Origin: Dehalococcoidia bacterium
GTDB lineage: Bacteria; Chloroflexota; Dehalococcoidia; Bin125
Length of the DNA: 64,000 nt
Direction: 5' to 3'
Assembly: GCA_963663895.2 (NCBI GenBank)
Contig: CAXXRD010000004.1
Location: 1-64,000 of the forward strand
Shown here: in pieces, positions 60,942 to 64,000 of the stretch
Numbering within the stretch: position 1 is the first letter of the stretch
Layout of the letters: the number at the start of each line of letters is the position of its first letter
The notes under the pieces: generated by a model
Database searches by the model: none
The model's input: the letters and a program-made list of their open reading frames with translations, nothing else
What the model was told of the DNA's origin: nothing
Translations under genes and position numbers: made by a program

Positions 60942-61564
60942 CGGCTTGGCTCCGCGAGCAAGCGCGCCAGCAGCGGCGCGGCGGCCTGCAGGGCGCGGGC
61001 CCGGTGGCTGATGCGGTTCTTCTCGTCCATGATCAGCTCAGCCATGCGTCTGCCGTCCGGCAATTCGAAGAGCGGATCGTAGCCGAAGCCATCGCTGCCT
61101 CGCTCGTCGCTTGCGATGCTGCCCGTCACGATCCCCTCCGTACACCAGACGCGCGACTGGCGCGGCAGCGCGATGGCGACCAGCGCCCGGTAGCGGGCCT
61201 TCCTGCCCTCTGCCGGGACGCCCTCCAGTGCCGCCAGGAGCCGCGCCCGGTTGGCGGCGTCCGTTGCGCCAGCTCCAGCATAACGGGCCGAATGGATGCC
61301 CGGCGCGCCTGCCAAGGCCTCGACTTCGAGGCCGGAATCGTCGGCCAGGGCGGGCAGACCGGCCGCATCGGCGAAGGCGCGCGCCTTGAGCGCCGCGTTT
61401 TCCCGGTAGGTGGCCCCGCTCTCCACCACGTGGAGGTGAGCGAGGTCTGCCTCTTCCAGCGCCACCAGCGCCCAGTCCGCGCCGATCAGCCGGCGCAGCT
61501 CGCGCAGCTTGCCGGCGTTGTGCGTTGCCAGCAGGAGCGTCCGCGCGGGTCGCCGATCGGGCAT
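60938..61564 (-). CDS. rdgB: dITP/XTP pyrophosphatase
   Basis: [22 protein letters not shown] and KNRISHR. Confidence 0.96.
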   Translation of the reverse strand: MPDRRPARTLLLATHNAGKLRELRRLIGADWALVALEEADLAHLHVVESGATYRENAALKARAFADAAGLPALADDSGLEVEALAGAPGIHSARYAGAGATDAANRARLLAALEGVPAEGRKARYRALVAIALPRQSRVWCTEGIVTGSIASDERGSDGFGYDPLFELPDGRRMAELIMDEKNRISHRARALQAAAPLLARLLAEPSR

Positions 61565-61640
61565 GGCGTGCTCTTCCCCCTTGCCGTGGCGTAGGGTACC
61601 GCTACGCTGAGCCTCCAACCGGTCACCCGTCACCGGGGAT

Positions 61641-63050
61641 GTGAGCATGGACTACCGCGCCGCCGTCGACTACTTGCTCGGATTCGCCGACTTCGAACGG
61701 TCACGCCAAGCCGATCGGGAAGCGGGCGCGTTCGCACTGGATCGGATCACCTCGCTGCTGCAGCGGCTGGATCGGCCGGAGGCAGGCCGCCTCACGGTGC
61801 ACGTCGCCGGGTCGAAGGGCAAGGGATCGGTGGCGACGATGGTCGAGTCGATCCTGCGGGCGCAGGGGCTGCGCACTGGTCTCTATACGAGCCCGCACTT
61901 GCACGATTTCACCGAGCGGATCGCGATCGATGGGGCGGCGATCAGGCAGGAGGCGTTCGCCGACCTGGTCAAGCAGCTAGAGCCCGTGGTCGCGGCGGAG
62001 CTGCGCGACGCTCCGGGCCGACTCAGCACGTTCGAGCTGCTCACCGCCATGGCCTTCCTCGCTTTTCGCGAGGCCGCAGTGGAGGCGCAAGTGATCGAGG
62101 TGGGTCTCGGCGGCCGTCTCGACAGCACCAACATCCTCGCCGAGAAGGACGTCGCCGTCATCACCGCCATCTCGGAAGAGCACGCCAGCATCCTGGGGCC
62201 CGAGCTGAGCCGCATCGCCTCGGAGAAAGCGGGGATCATCGTCCCGGGGACGAAGGCCGCGGTGCTCGGTCCGCAGCGGAGTCGCGCCGCCGCCGCGCGG
62301 GTGATCGCGCGGGCGCAAGAGGTCGGCGTACCCCTGACGCAGGTGACGGAGCGCTACCGCTGGGAGTACGCCGGTACCGACCGACACGGCCAGTGGCTGC
62401 GGATCAGGCCGAGAGACGCCGCCGCCGACCCGGCGGAAAATGGCGAAGAGAGGTCAGCCGAGAGCAACCTCTATCTACTGCCGCTGATGGGGAACCACCA
62501 GATCGAGAACGCCGCGACGGCGCTCGCCGCGATCGACGGGCTGCGGGCGCAGGGGCTGGCGATCGAGGGGCGCGCGATCCGGACAGGTCTCGCCACCGTG
62601 CGCTGGCCGGCGCGTCTGGAGTTGATCGCCGACAACCCGCGGCTCGTCATCGACGCGGCGCACAACGGCGAATCGTTCGACCGCGTGCTGGAGTCGCTGC
62701 GCAGCTATTTCCCGCATGAGCGGCTGGTGGTGGTGGTGGGCATGTTGCGCGATAAAGATCTGGCAGCCGTCGCGCAACTCCTCCACGAGCGCGCGGCGGC
62801 GCTGGTCGTGACCCAGCCGGACCATCCGCGCGCCCTAGAGGCGCCCGCACTGGCGGAGGCGTTCGCCGGATTCGAGGGAGCGATGCTGGTGGAGGCGACC
62901 GTGGCCGACGCCCTCGGCGCGGCACGGGGCCTGGCAGGGGAGCAAGACGTGATCGCCGTGCTGGGGTCGATCTTCCTGGCGGCCGAGACGCGCGCCCTCA
63001 CGCTACGGCAGCGCGGCGCGGCGCCGACCTCGGCGCGCGCGGAGTCCTAG
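61641..63050 (+). CDS. folC: Folylpolyglutamate/dihydrofolate synthase
   Basis: HVAGSKGKGS, YTSPHL, EVGLGGRLDSTN, WPARLE and DAAHN. Confidence 0.95.
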   Translation: MSMDYRAAVDYLLGFADFERSRQADREAGAFALDRITSLLQRLDRPEAGRLTVHVAGSKGKGSVATMVESILRAQGLRTGLYTSPHLHDFTERIAIDGAAIRQEAFADLVKQLEPVVAAELRDAPGRLSTFELLTAMAFLAFREAAVEAQVIEVGLGGRLDSTNILAEKDVAVITAISEEHASILGPELSRIASEKAGIIVPGTKAAVLGPQRSRAAAARVIARAQEVGVPLTQVTERYRWEYAGTDRHGQWLRIRPRDAAADPAENGEERSAESNLYLLPLMGNHQIENAATALAAIDGLRAQGLAIEGRAIRTGLATVRWPARLELIADNPRLVIDAAHNGESFDRVLESLRSYFPHERLVVVVGMLRDKDLAAVAQLLHERAAALVVTQPDHPRALEAPALAEAFAGFEGAMLVEATVADALGAARGLAGEQDVIAVLGSIFLAAETRALTLRQRGAAPTSARAES

Positions 63051-63052
63051 CC

Positions 63053-64000
63053 GTGCCGCGCAACCGCCCGCGCGTCGTGATCACGGGCATGGGCGCCATC
63101 AGCCCCCTGGGGATCAGCATCGACGCGTTCTGGGAGGCGTGTCTAGCAGGACGCAGCGGGATCGAACGGGTGCAAGGGTTCGATCCGTCGGACTTAGCGT
63201 GCCAGATCGCAGGCGAAGTGCGGAACTTCGTGCCCACGGATCACATGACCCGCAAGGACGCGCGGCGCATGGCGCGCTTCTCGCAATTCGCCGTCGCGGG
63301 AGCGGCCCAAGCCTTCGAAGACGCGGAACTGGACCTCGGCGCCGAGGACCGCACACGCATAGGGGTGCTGTTGGGCAACGGCATCGGCGGGCTTCCGAAC
63401 ATTCAGGCGGGCGTCTTACACATGCGGGAGCGGGGGGCGATGCGGCTCGACCCGCTCCTGATCCCGCGCGTCCTCCCGAACATGGCCGCCTCGAACGTCT
63501 CGATGCAATTCGGGCTGCTCGGGTATAACAGCACGATCGTGACGGCCTGCGCGGCGGGCACGCAAGCGATCGGCGAAGCGGCGGAGTTGATCCGCCGCGG
63601 GACGGCAGACGTCGTGGTCAGCGGCGGCACCGAGGCCGCCATGGTCGAGGTGATGGCGGGATCGTTCGCAGTGATGCGCGCGCTCAGCTCCCGCAACGAC
63701 GCCCCGCAGCGCGCCAGCCGTCCCTTCGACGCGGATCGGGATGGCTTCGTGCCTGCGGAGGGCGCTGGCATCCTCGTGCTCGAAAGCGAGGCGCACGCAC
63801 GGGCGCGCGGCGCTCGCATCCGCGCCGAGGTCGCCGGGTTCGGCGCGAGCGCGGACGCCTATCACTTGGTGGCTCCGGACGAGAGCGGCGACGGTCCCGT
63901 GCGTGCGGTGATCGCCGCCCTGCATGACGCGGGAATCGGCCCCGGCGAGATCGACTATGTCAATGCGCACGGCACATCGACACCGCTCAACGACGTCTCC
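63053..64000 (+). CDS. fabF: Beta-ketoacyl-ACP synthase II (runs off the window edge)
   Basis: Manual translation: RVVITGMGAISPLG...TACAAG (catalytic Cys)...SRPFDADRDGFV...NAHGTST. Confidence 0.94.
   Translation, partial: MPRNRPRVVITGMGAISPLGISIDAFWEACLAGRSGIERVQGFDPSDLACQIAGEVRNFVPTDHMTRKDARRMARFSQFAVAGAAQAFEDAELDLGAEDRTRIGVLLGNGIGGLPNIQAGVLHMRERGAMRLDPLLIPRVLPNMAASNVSMQFGLLGYNSTIVTACAAGTQAIGEAAELIRRGTADVVVSGGTEAAMVEVMAGSFAVMRALSSRNDAPQRASRPFDADRDGFVPAEGAGILVLESEAHARARGARIRAEVAGFGASADAYHLVAPDESGDGPVRAVIAALHDAGIGPGEIDYVNAHGTSTPLNDVS

Overview
High-GC (about 70%) bacterial chromosome segment, most consistent with Chloroflexota/Dehalococcoidia (inferred from gene content and the RpoC/ValS insertions). 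From about 19 kb onward it is mostly housekeeping: lipA, a GlnR-like regulator with two glutamine synthetase-family genes, a nuo operon, valS, secA, prs, rpoBC, groESL with a CIRCE, tsaD, moaAC, rdgB, folC and fabF. The first 19 kb, downstream of tRNA-Thr(CGT), looks accessory. It holds (i) a 3.2-kb islet bounded by 16-bp direct repeats that encodes an MTase-Mrr fusion, a HEPN (Rx4H) protein and a strongly structured intergenic spacer, and (ii) a cobalt-type nitrile hydratase operon. The NHase accessory protein is fused to a Cys-rich thioredoxin-like ferredoxin domain and is followed by a His-rich unknown protein; the operon is flanked by an atypical amidase, a racemase and a dehydrogenase. 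An identical 23-bp arm-site-like repeat occurs at the islet end and next to the tRNA, with no integrase in the window. The nuo operon lacks nuoEFG and also nuoI, and its NuoC carries a repeated helical tail. All calls come from motif recognition only; no searches were run.
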